Shown one piece after another: positions 23,470 to 34,535 of a stretch of 64,000 nucleotides of DNA. The stretch is from contig CM059432.1 in NCBI GenBank assembly GCA_030390025.1, forward strand, positions 7,750,001 to 7,814,000. The letters are read 5' to 3'. How positions within the stretch are numbered: position 1 is the stretch's first letter; each line of letters opens with the position of its first letter. Source of the DNA: Squalus acanthias (taxonomy: Eukaryota). A program made the position numbers and the translations under genes. Under the pieces are notes generated by a model. It saw nothing but the letters and a program-made list of their open reading frames with translations, did not search any database and was not told where the DNA came from.

Positions 23470-23858
23470 TAGAATGATACAGCACAGAAGGAGGCCATTT
23501 GGCCCATTGTGCCAGTGCTAGCTCTTTGGTAGAGCTAGTCAATTAATCGCACAACCCTGCTCTGTCCCCAAAACCTGTCAATTTTTTCTCCTTCAAGTAT
23601 CTAACCAATTCCCTTTTGAATGTTAATATTGAATTTGTTTCACAACCCTTTCAGGCAGCGCATTCCAGATCACAACAACTCGCTGTATAAAAATAAATTC
23701 ACATCTCGCCCCTGGTTCTTTTGCCAATCACCTTAAATCTGTGTCCTCTGGTTACCGACCCTTCTGCCACTGGAAACAGTTTCTCCTTATTTACTCCAGC
23801 AAAACCCTTCATGATTTTGAACACCTCTGTCAAATCTCCTCTTAAACTTCTCTGCTCT
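23470..23858 (-). mobile_element. CR1 LINE 3' fragment
   Basis: Similar to 37743-38117 in reverse. Confidence 0.85.
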
Positions 23859-24756
23859 GCGGGATAATTTGAACCCTGACATTTAATTCAGTGAGATAAT
23901 TCAACAGTAATTGGCAGCAGCATTGACTCGTTATCAGTCACGCAGCTAACAACAATCTCTTGAGCCCAAAGGGAACATGCTCTGAGAAGCTAAAGTGAAA
24001 CTCCTATCATAAGCTTCACATCTTTTCCTCACAATGCTTCGATTCCGCAGAGAGGAAACGCTTTCATCTCATCAGTACAGGCCAGATACAGAGTTGGATC
24101 TCCAGAGGTGAAAGGATAGCATCCTGATCCAGTTGCCTGGTTCTCCTAAAGCCTGCCCAGTACCTTGTATCATGAATTTTACACAGCATGCACAATCTGC
24201 CCTTTATTTCTAATAACACAAAAGACTCCTGGCTTATCATCTTACTGCAACCTGTGTGACTGAAGTGCTCTACAGGGTGATTGCATCATATGACGGGCAG
24301 GATGCTAAAATAAGCACTGCGCTGATTGTTCCCAGAGGAATACAGAATCAAGGGACAGGAAGGGAAAACACGACAGGACAATTTGCACGATATATTCAGG
24401 ATATATGGCTGGCAGTAAGCTAAGATAAATAAGTCACAGCTAAGGAACGGCTGGCCCCATTACTGCTACTTGTAAAGTATTCTAGTTATGTAGAAAGCAG
24501 ATAAAATACATTACCTGGAATGCCCGAGTGATGTGCAGACTGACACATCAATAGGTTAGTGGAGTTTCTTTTCCTCTCAGCTGGCAGCACTCTCTGAGTC
24601 AGGAGGTTGTGGGTTCAAGTACCCACTGCCGAGATGTCAGCACAAAACCTAGGCTGACACTCCAGTGCAGTACTGAAGGAGGACGGCACTGTCGGAGGTG
24701 CCTTCTTTCGGATGAGACGTTAAACTGCGGCCTCGTCTGCCCCCTCAGCTGGACAA

Positions 24757-24980
24757 GTCTTTGGAATTCTCTGCCCCAAAAGGCTGTGGATGTTCAGTCG
24801 TTGAGTATATTCAAGACTGAGATCGATAGATTTTTTGGACACTAAGGGAATCAAGGGATATGGGGATAGGGCTGGAAAGTAGAGTTGAGGTAGAAGATCA
24901 GCCATGATCTTATTGAATGGCGGAGCAGGCTCGAGGGGCCAAATGGCCGACTCCTGCTCCTATTTCTTATGTTCTTATGT
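24757..24980 (+). mobile_element. CR1 LINE 3' end inside SINE
   Basis: LWNSLPQKAVD, 3'UTR, ttcttatg tail. Confidence 0.88.
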
Positions 24981-25159
24981 AAAAGATCCCATGACACTAT
25001 TTTGAAGAAGAGCAGATGAGTTTATCCCTCAACCAACATGATTAAATCAGATTATCTGGCCATTATCACATTGCTGTTTGTGGGAGCTTGCTGTGCGCAA
25101 ATTGGCTGCCGCGTTTCCTACATTACAACAGTGACTACACTTCAAAAAGTATTTCAAAA

Positions 25160-25750
25160 GGGCCTTGGTGAGACCACATCTTGAGTATTGTGTGCAGTTT
25201 TGGTCGCCTTATCTGAGGAAGGATGTTCTTGCCATGGAGGGAGTGCAGTGAAGATTCAGCAGGCTGATACCTGGGATGGCAGGAATGACGTATGAGGAGA
25301 GATTGGGTCGATTGGGTTTATACTCGCTGGAGTTTAGAAGAATGAGAGGGGATCTCATTGAAACTTATAAAATTCCATCAGGACTAGACAGACTAGATGC
25401 AGGAAGGATGTTCCCGATGGTGGGGGAGTCCAGAACCAGAGGTCACAGTCTAAGGATAAGGGGTAAACCATTTAGGACTGAGATGAGGAGGAATTTCTTC
25501 ACCCAGAGAGTGGTGAACCTGTGGAATTCTCTACCACAGAAGGCAGTAGAGGCCAATTCATTAAATATATTCAAGAAGGAGTTGGATATATTTCTTAAAG
25601 CTAAAGGGATCAAGGGATATGGGGAGAAGGCAGGCACAGGGTACTGAATTTGGATGATCAGCCATGATCTCATTGAATGGTGGAGCAGGCTCGAGGGGCT
25701 GAATGGCCTACTCCTGCTCCTATCTTCTATGTTTCTATGTTTCTATGTTT
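25160..25750 (+). mobile_element. CR1 LINE 3' fragment inside SINE
   Basis: ORF 25276-25647, (tttctatg)n tail. Confidence 0.9.
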
Positions 25751-26337
25751 ACTTCATTGGGTGTAAAGCGCTTTGGGACATCCTGAGGTCGTGAAAGACG
25801 CCGTATTCATTTTTCTCTAGTTTCAAAGAGGCTCCATACAAATGGAATGAAAGTTTTCTTTCCCTACTGGCAGTAGAGGCCTCGTGCAAAAGTCTTGTGC
25901 TGACTGAATGAGATGCTGACAACGTGAGAGAAGAAAATAAAACTGGTTTGGCCTAAACAGAAGACAGATTGGATCAGAATTTGCAAGAACAGATGGGCAA
26001 GTGAGAATTAATTAGAGCTCAAGTTCCTGGCCCCCTTGCATCCAAGAACTGTGTGTTCTATGGGTGCAAGGGCCAAGAGAAAGCGGCAGAGAGCCAGATG
26101 GCTAGGTCTTTTCCGCCTTTAATATTTCCCCACAGACTTTCCCGAGGGGGCAGAACCCGACCTGTCCCTGCAGAAGGGGGCATGACCAGTTGGAGCGATG
26201 CAAATGAGTTGGGAGTCGGTGGTCCTAGTTTTCTAGGCTTTGTAGGTGTGCCCAGAAAGAGCTGGCACTGTGGCCCGCCCGCACCCTCACCCCTGAACCC
26301 CCACTGACCAAATCTCCGTCGCCAACCTGAAAGTGGC

Positions 26338-26718
26338 AGATGAGAGGTGATCTCATTGAAACATACACATTTTTTTACAGGGCTTGACAGGATAGATGCT
26401 GGGGAGTCTAGAACCAGGGGTCACAGTCTCAGGATAAGGGGTCGGCCATTTAGGACTGAGATGAGGAGAAATGTCTTCACTCAGAGGGTTGTGAATCTTT
26501 GGAATTCTCTACCCCAGGCTGTGGAGGCTCAGTCGTTGAGTATATTCAAGACAGAGATTGCTAATTTTTTGAATATTAAGGGAATAGAGGGATATGGCGA
26601 TAGTGCAGGAAAGTGGAGTTGAGGTAGAAGATCAGACATGATCTTATGGAATGGCGGAGCAGGCTCGAAGGGCCAAATGGCCGACTCCTGCTCCTATTTC
26701 TTATGTTCTTATGTTCTT
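26338..26718 (+). mobile_element. CR1 LINE 3' fragment, internally deleted
   Basis: GESRTRGHSLRIRG...WNSLP, 3'UTR and ttcttatg tail. Confidence 0.88.
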
Positions 26719-28440
26719 ATCGATAGCCTTTTGGAGGAGAAAATTCCACATTTCCTCTGAAGTCACTCATCCCGAAAATGACTTGTTTATTCCTACTCTC
26801 TGTTTTCTGTCTGTTAACCAATCCTCAATCCATGCTAGTATATTACCCCCAATCCCATGAGCCCCAATTTTGTTTAATAACCTCTTGTGTGGCAACTTAT
26901 CGAATGCCTTATGAAAATCCAAATACACCACATCCACTGCTTCCCCCTTATCTATTCTGATAGTTACAACCTCAAGAAATTCTAACAGATTCGTCAAACA
27001 CAATTTCCCTTTCATAAATCCATGTTGGCTCTGCCCAATCCTATTATTATTTTCTAAGTGCCCTGTTACCGCGTCCTTAATAATAGATTCTAGCATTTTC
27101 CCTATTACTGATGTCAGGCTAACTGGTCTGTAGTTCCCCGTTTGCTCTCTTTGCTACCCTCCAATCCACAGGAACCATTCTAGAATCTATGGAATTTTGG
27201 AAGATGACAACCAATGCATCCATTATCTCTATAGCCACCTCTTTCAAAACCCTAGGATGTAGGCCATCAGTTCCAGGGGATTTATTGGCTTTCAGTCCCA
27301 TTAGTTTCTCCAGTACTATATTTTTACCAATACTAATTTCTTTCAGTTCCTCATTCTCACTAGACCCTTGGTTCTCCACTATTTCCAGGAAGATTTTAGC
27401 GTCTTCTTCCGTGGAGACAGACACAAAGTACTTGTTTAATTTCACTGCCATTTCCTTATTCCCCATTATAATTTCTCCTGTCTCAGCCTGTAAGGGACCA
27501 CACTTACTTTCGCAAATCTTTTCCTTTTTACATACCTATAGAGGCTTTACAGTCTGTTTTTATGTCTCTCGCTAGTTTACTCTCATATTCTACTTTCCCT
27601 TTCTTTATCCATTTTTTGGTCTTCCTTTGCTGAATTCTAAAACCCTCCCAATCCTTAGGCTTACTACTCTTTTTGGCAACTTATAAGCCTCTTCCTTTGA
27701 TCTAATATTACCTTTAACTTTTCTTGTTAGACACAGTTGGACCACTTTTCCTGTGGAGTTTTTGTGCCTTAAAGGAATGTATATTTGTTGTAAATTATGT
27801 ATTAATTCTTTAAATGCTTGCCATTGCTTGTCTACCATCATACCTTTTATTGTATTTTCCCAATCTACCTCAGCCAACTCGCCCCCTCATACCTACGTAG
27901 TTTGCTTTGTTTAGATTTAAGATCCTAGTTTCAGATTTAAATAAATCACTTTCAAACTCAATATAAAATTCTATCATATTATGGTCACTCTTCCCTAAAG
28001 GCCCCTTTACTACAAGGTTAATAATTAACCCTTTCTCATTGCACAATACTAGAACTAAAATACTCTGTTCCCTAGTTGGTTCCTCAACATACTGATCTAG
28101 AAAACTATCTTGCATACATTCCATGAATTTGTCCTCCACACTATTACTGCAAATTTGGTTTGCCCAGTCTATGGGCTTGATTTTTGCTGGTGCTCAGAGG
28201 GTGGGTTTGGAGGCGGGTCTGCTGTCAAAATCGCAAAGATTGACAGGGGTAGTAAACCCGCTATCAACCCACCTCCAAGCGAGTCTCCCAGTTGTTGGGT
28301 CTGTCAGCGGAAAACTGACCCGACACCAAGCGGCGGGGGAGACAATTGAGCTCATTAAATGGCCTGTTAATGGTCAATTTAATGGTATTTTGAGGCTTCC
28401 TTCCAATATTACGTGCTCCCCCACGGGTTACCCACGGGGT

Positions 28441-29436
28441 TTTCTCCATTACTGGTCCCCCGTTACACACAGTTCTTGGACGTCAGGATTTATAAGAACA
28501 AAATACACACGGCACAGGGTTTTGGCTCAACCTTTGATTTGTTCATTTATTGAACACACACACACACAATTACCTCCCCAGTATAAATCCCTACGACTTA
28601 TATCAGGCTAACAACCCCAAAATACAAACCCCTACGCAAGGGTCATTTGCATCGACACAATATGACACAGTTAAACCCATCCGCGATTTGACTGTTACAT
28701 ACAAAGTTACCCAGACTCAATCACAAAACCCTTATTGTGATCTGACTGAAACTCACAAACTTACTCAGATTCAATCACAAAAGCCCCCTCTATGATTTGA
28801 CTGAAACATACAATCACCACTCCCGATCGGCTGTCTCCTGGAGTTGATTGTGGGCCCGAATCTTCCTGCTCGCTGTTCTTCCATTGGCTTCCCAAGACTC
28901 TCGTCGAAGTGACTCTTCCTTTAAACCAAAACCAACTTGCAATCTTAAAACACATTTCCTGCCCTTCCTGTGCAAAATGTGTGAATGTCTCTAGCAGAGA
29001 ACTCTTGATGGCTAATTGTCCCTCGTATTGTCCATTGATTACTTGGGGACCCGACTGTCTGCATCGCGGTCCTTTCTGACAATGCAACCTTCCCAAGGTG
29101 ACTGCATATGCGAAGTTGTTGGTTTCTGTTAGCATTCGTATTCAAATAGTTCAAGGCCCGGCCCATTGTCTAGGCCTGCGCTGATACTGTTTATTCTGGG
29201 GCCATGGTCTTCTTTAACAATGTAACCCCTTAAGGTAAATGAATATGTGAATGTTCTTGGTCAGAAGCATTTGTCTTTTAGGTTGTCTGTGATCCAGTCT
29301 ATTGATGGTTCATAGTTTTGGCTGCAATGTTTGAATTAACCCTTTTTTGCCCATCTCTTTTTGCGGGCTGTGCAGTTCTGGGTTTTTATATTTCATAGTC
29401 CAATTTTTACCGTTGTGGGGAAGGAATGGATCCTAC
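28441..29436 (-). mobile_element. probable solo LTR nested in the Harbinger element
   Basis: Minus strand begins TGTAGGATCC, has TTTAAA near 28920 and AATAAA near 28546; about 52-bp tandem units 28670-28815; absent from the colinear copy at 16203; left boundary uncertain. Confidence 0.55.
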
Positions 29437-30464
29437 ATCGGGGAACACGCCAGCTCACCCTGTCAGGAGTTGAGTCTGCTCTGATGTATCTGAAAAGCTG
29501 ACAGCTGCAGAAGTGGTGTGAAGGATGCCATGTTGCAGATGGTCAGTTTCAGAGTGCAGAAACTGTTGGTTACTGCATTTGTAATACATATAGAGATTTC
29601 TTTAGCTTACAAGTGTTTAGAGCCAACTGTATGTCCAGTGCCACCTCATTGGAACAACCTCTCTCACCATTGACAGATTGCTTCTCTCATCTCACCTGCA
29701 GCTGCCATCTATTGCAGCAACATCGGAGCCCTAGAAACTATTTCACCTTGCTCCTCTGATTCCTTCCACACTCAGCCCCAACACCAACATCACCAGGCAC
29801 ACCAACATCACCAACAACATCACCAACCTTCTCCGCCATCACCTGATGCTGCACAGGACACAGGGCATCAGCCTCTGACAACATTGCTGGCCGGGAGGCC
29901 AGTGATGGCATCACCATGGCCAGATTTTCTTCACTTGATGCTGTAAACCCTGGCTGCCACATGATGCGCCAGGTTGACACCATCCCACACCAGCACCGTG
30001 AAGCATCCCTTTAATGTCCAAGCCATTCCATTCACATTCATCACTATAGCTGGGGTGTGGGGGTGGGGGGGGGGGGGGCGGTGAAGTTATGTCTCAACAT
30101 TCACTGGAACTCAGTAACACACTTCTCAAGGTGCGCACAGATCTGTCCAATAAGGGGCAGTGTTGAAAATATAGATTTCACTGTATGACAACACATTACC
30201 AGAAACTTCACATGGACATTGGCTAAACCTCTCAAGTGCCTACCCTTGTGTGTTGTTAGTTGGTATGCTTGCAGTAGGATGAGGGTGAGTGTGAGGGGTG
30301 GCTAGTGAGATGGGGAAGTGATAATGTAGATAGAGAGGGATGGGTAGAGGTGCAAAGTAAGTTGGTGTGAGTAAGGATGTGCAGGAGAAGGGTAGGGAAG
30401 ACAGAGTGATGGGGATGTGTTGAGTGGCACAGCAGGGTGAGTTTGAGTGTGGCTTTGCAGTAAC

Positions 30465-30700
30465 GTTTCGTGATCTACTAAGATCATTGAAAGGTTGGCG
30501 CCACTGCAGCCAGGGACCCCTGATGACATCCCTGCTTTTGCCCTCCTGCGCAATGTGCAACCAGGCTGCACTGGTGTCCTGGGGAGGTCTCTTCCGTCCT
30601 TGGAAGGGAAGAGGACCTCCCTGCATGCTGTGACTCCCTCCATAAGCATATGGAGGGAGTCATTGGAGAGCCTGGGTGCAAGCATCCACCTTTGTGCAGT
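30465..30700 (-). pseudogene. Harbinger Myb/SANT DNA-binding exon (frameshifted)
   Basis: APRLSNDSLHMLMEGVTACREVLFPS / RKRPPQDTSAAWLHIAQE...WLQWRQPFNDL, homologous to 54668-54907. Confidence 0.8.
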
Positions 30701-31619
30701 GCTTGTCAGTGTTTGCAGCACCTCGAATGCTGTCAAGCACTGACAGAACAACTGTCAAACTCAATGTGGCCATGGTCCCTTTAAGGAAACCGGCTGATGA
30801 CGCGTCATCGAATGACGTCATCAGACCCGCTTCCTGTCAATTGGCCAGGAAGCCCGCAGGGCGGGCTTAACAAGGCTAATCAAGGGAAAATCCCGTTGAC
30901 AGAGCGACTGTAGCCGGGAGCGCCACCGAAACCTGTCAAACAGCTATCCCACCACCATCCCGACACCGCTGAGAAAATCCAGCCCATTATACATCCCCCA
31001 TGATTACTGTATTACCCTTGTTACATGCACCTCTAATTTCCTGATTTATATTCTGCCCTACATTACAACTGCTGTTTGGGGACCTATAAACAACTCCCAC
31101 CAATGTTTTCTTCCCCTTGCTGTTTTTTTAGCACCGCCCAAACTGATTCTCCTTCTTGATTTTCGGAGCTAAGATCCTTTCTCTCTACTGTCTTTATTCC
31201 ATCCTTTATTATCAGGGCTACCCCTCCTCCTTTTTCATTTTGCTTATCTCTTCTAAAAGTTAAGTATCCTGGAATATTTAGTTCCCAACCTTGGCCACTT
31301 TGCAACCACATCTCTGTAATGGCTATTAAATCAAACCTGTTAATTTCTATCTGCGCTATTAATTCATCTATTTTGTTGCAAATGCTTCGCGCATTCAGAT
31401 ATAATGCCTTTAGCTTTGACTTGTATCTATTTTTCCCTGATGTCACCATAGTCACTGATGCCTTATTACCTTTGTTACTCTCTCTGTCCCTTCCTGACCC
31501 ACTCTGCTTATTTTTACCCAAAACTCTGCTCTGCTCTAAAGTCTTGACATTTCTCTTGCTGCTTTTAAATTTACTCTTTCCTGAATCCTCCCACCCGCCC
31601 TCCGCCTTCATTAGTTTAA

Positions 31620-32284
31620 AGCCCTGTCTACTGCCCTAGATATTCAGCTCACCAGTACACTGATCCCAGCCCGGTTTAAGTGGAACCCGTCCCAATGGAA
31701 CAGCTCCCTCTTTCCCCAGTACTGGTGCCAGTGCACCGTGAACTGAAATCCCTTCCTCCCACACCACTCTTTGATCTACGCATTTAAACCTCTAATCTGT
31801 TTGTCCCTATGCCAATTTACGCATGGCTCAGGTAACAATCCAGAGATTACTACCTTTCAGGTTCTGCTTTTTAATTTGGATCCTAACTCCTCAAACTCCC
31901 TCAGCATAACCTCATTCCTAGTTCTACCTCTGTCGTTGGTTCCTACGTGGACCATGACAACTGGATCCACCCCCTCCCACTCCAAGTTCTTCTCCAGCCG
32001 CGAGGAGATATCCTTAACCCTGGCAACACAGCCTTCGGAACTCCCGGTCGCGGCTGCAGAGAACATTGTCTATCCCCCTGACTATACTGTCGCCTACCAC
32101 TACCACATTCCTTTTTACTCCCCCCACTTGAATGTACCTCCTGTACCACAGTGCCGTGGTCAGTTTGCCCATCCTCCCTGCAGTCCTCCTTCTCATCCAT
32201 ACAGGTAGCAAATACCTCGAGCTGCAGCCACTTACCGCAGATGTGGTTGCTCAGGATCTCGTTGGTCTCCACCTGCACTGCCAT
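31620..32284 (-). pseudogene. CR1 ORF1 with SGNH/GDSL esterase domain (frameshifted)
   Basis: ICGKWLQLE, VVVVGDSIVRGID and VMVHVGTND blocks, matching the esterase ORF1 known from CR1 elements. Confidence 0.85.
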
Positions 32285-32367
32285 CTCTATTTAACCTTAT
32301 TTTATTTATATAATTAGTTGCAGTATTTATTCAAATGACTATTTTTACTTACCTACCTGCTGTCCTG

Positions 32368-32913
32368 GCTGGCCTCCCACATTCCACCCTACATAAACTT
32401 GAGCTCATCCAAAACTCGGCTGCCCGTGTCCTAACTCGCACCAAGTCCTGTTCGCCCATCACCCCTGTGCTCGCTGACCTACATTGGCTCCCGGTTAAGC
32501 AACACCTTGATTTCAAAATTCTCATCCTTGTTTTCAAATCCCTCCATGGCCTCGCCCCTTCCTATCTCTGTAATCTCCTCCAGCCCCACAACCCCCTGAG
32601 ATATCTGCGCTCCTCTAATTCTGCCCTCTTGAGCATCCCTGATTATAATCGCTCAACCATTGGTGGCCGTGCCTTCTGTTGCCTGGGCCATAAGCTCTAG
32701 AATTCCCTGCCTAAACCTCTCTGCCTCGCTACCTCTCTCTCCTCCTTTAAGACGCTCCTTAAAACCTACCTCTTTGACCAAGCATTTGGTCACCTGCCCT
32801 AATATCTCCTTATGTGGATCGGTGTCAAATCTTTTGTCTTAAAATACTCCTGTGTAGCGCCTTGGGACGTTTTACTACGTTAAAGGCGCTATATAAATGC
32901 AAGTTGTTGTTGT
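32368..32913 (+). mobile_element. L2 LINE 3' fragment with 10-bp TSD
   Basis: KLELIQNSAARVL, PITPVLADLHWLP, GGRAF; (GTT)n tail; tgctgtcctg at 32358-32367 and 32914-32923. Confidence 0.92.
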
Positions 32914-33554
32914 TGCTGTCCTGTGACGTCACTTCCTGTTTTTTGTTTTCTTTAAGCCGCCTCTGCTGTTTCTGCTCCCGCTCAGGTCCGCGCTGTCTGG
33001 GGCTCAATGGAAATTTTCAAGGCTCAGATCAACAGATTGTCATTAGGTAAGAGTGTCAAGAGGTATGATCAAAGGAGGCCAGATGGAGTTGAGGTACAGA
33101 TCAGCCATGATCGAATTGAATGGCGGAACAAGCTCGAGGGGCTGAACGGCCTCCTCCGGCTCCGATGGTGCAAATAAATTCCAAAGGGCTGATTTTATTA
33201 GAATGGCAAAATAAAAGAAACAAGGGTCTTGCATTTATTTACAACGTTTAATGACTGCAGGGTGTCCCAAAGCACTTTGCAGCCGATGAAGTACTACTCA
33301 AGTGCAGTCACTTTGTAAATGTAAGGAAATATGACATCCAATTTGTGACCCACAAACAGCATTGAAATAAATGTATGTACACAAATCTTTGAAGGTGGCA
33401 GGACAAGTTGACAAGGCTGTTAAAAATGCATATGGGATCCTTTGTTTTATTAATAGAGGCATAGAGTACAAAAGCAAGGAAGTTATGCTAAAACTTTCAA
33501 AAACACTGGTTAGGCCTCAGCTGGAGTATTCTGGGCACCGCACTTTAGGAAGGA

Positions 33555-33990
33555 AGTGCAACGAGACCTGGGTGTCCTTGTGCACCAGTCGCTGAAGGTA
33601 AGCATGCAGGTGCAGCAGGCGGTTAAGAAGGCAAATGGTATGTTGGTCTTCGTAGCGAGAGGGTTTGAGTACAGGAACAAGGATGTCTTGCTGCAGTTGT
33701 ACAGGGCCTTGGTGAGACCACATCTTGAGTATTGTGTGCAGTTTTGGTCACCTTATCTGAGGAAGGAGGTTCTTGCCATGGAAGGCAGTTGAGGCCAATT
33801 CATTAAATATATTCAAGAAGGTGTCGGATATATTTCTTAAGGCTAAAGGGATCAAGGGATATGGGGAGAAAGCAGGGACAGGGTTCTGAATTTGGATGAT
33901 CAGCCATGATTGCATTGAATGGTGGAGCAGGCTAGAGGGGCCGAATGGCCTACTCCTGCTCCTATCTTCTATGTTTCTATGTTTCTATGT
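33555..33990 (+). mobile_element. CR1 3' fragment, internally deleted
   Basis: QRDLGVLVHQSLK...WSPYLRK, jump at about 33783, (tttctatg)n tail. Confidence 0.85.
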
Positions 33991-34124
33991 CAAGGCCTTA
34001 GAGAGGGTGGAGAGATTTACTTGAATGGTACCAGGGATGAAGGACTTCAGTTACGTGGAGATACTGGAGAAGCTGGGGTTGTTCTCCTTAGAGCAGAGAA
34101 GGTTAAGAAGAGATTTAAATAGAG

Positions 34125-34535
34125 GAGTTCAACAATTTTAGATCATAACCTCAGCTCCAATCACATTTATATTTTATTTTATCTACCCTTTTATTTGTCC
34201 CCCCCACCTTTTTTTTTTTTTTTTTCCTCCTAGAAGCTGGCAGCTGTCCTTCATTCTGCCAGTAGATTTCACACTTCATTCAGCCTTAATCTGTCACATT
34301 AACACCACCTCTAGCCTTGCATATCTCTTAATGTCTCTTAATGTCTCTTCATCTCCTCCTTTGTTCCTTTATCCCCTCCCCCTTTTCCCAGCTTTACCCT
34401 GGCCTTAAATCTATTTGATTTCCAGCTCTTCCCAGTTCTGATGAAAGGTCATCGACCTGAAACGTCAACTCTCTTTCTCTCTCCACGGATGCTGCCTGGC
34501 CTGCTGAGTTTTTCCAGCGTTTTCTGTTGTTATTT
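34125..34535 (+). repeat. 5' pseudo-LTR of the Penelope element
   Basis: Matches 37327-37742 except for about 2 substitutions and poly(T) length; starts with the last codons of the ORF. Confidence 0.95.
34434..34470 (+). ncRNA. minimal type I hammerhead ribozyme (GUC site)
   Basis: agtt-CTGATGA-a-aggtc(atc)gacct-GAAA-cg-TC-aact; predicted cleavage after C34466. Confidence 0.85.

Larger units (their letters stand above)
24575..25805 (+). mobile_element. SacSINE1-like SINE split by two CR1 insertions
   Basis: SINE pieces at about 24575-24755, 24980-25159 and 25750-25805 join in order. Confidence 0.8.
28173..30985. mobile_element. non-autonomous PIF/Harbinger element carrying a Myb/SANT gene remnant
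   Basis: TIR gggcttgatttt / aaaatccagccc; interrupts the CR1 endonuclease region; 3-bp flanks TAT/ATT do not match exactly. Confidence 0.85.
26760..32990 (-). mobile_element. CR1 LINE 5' half (5'UTR, ORF1, endonuclease, start of RT), interrupted by Harbinger and L2 insertions
   Basis: LYLNARSI, DLIAITE, GGGVAL, EPTR, LGKSDH, PGTDGLHPR, SQHGF, YLDFHKAFDK in order on the minus strand; no 3' end seen. Confidence 0.92.

Noticed and set aside
24051..24107. 57-nt exon candidate
   Set aside because: Weak donor (gtgaaa), all frames uninformative
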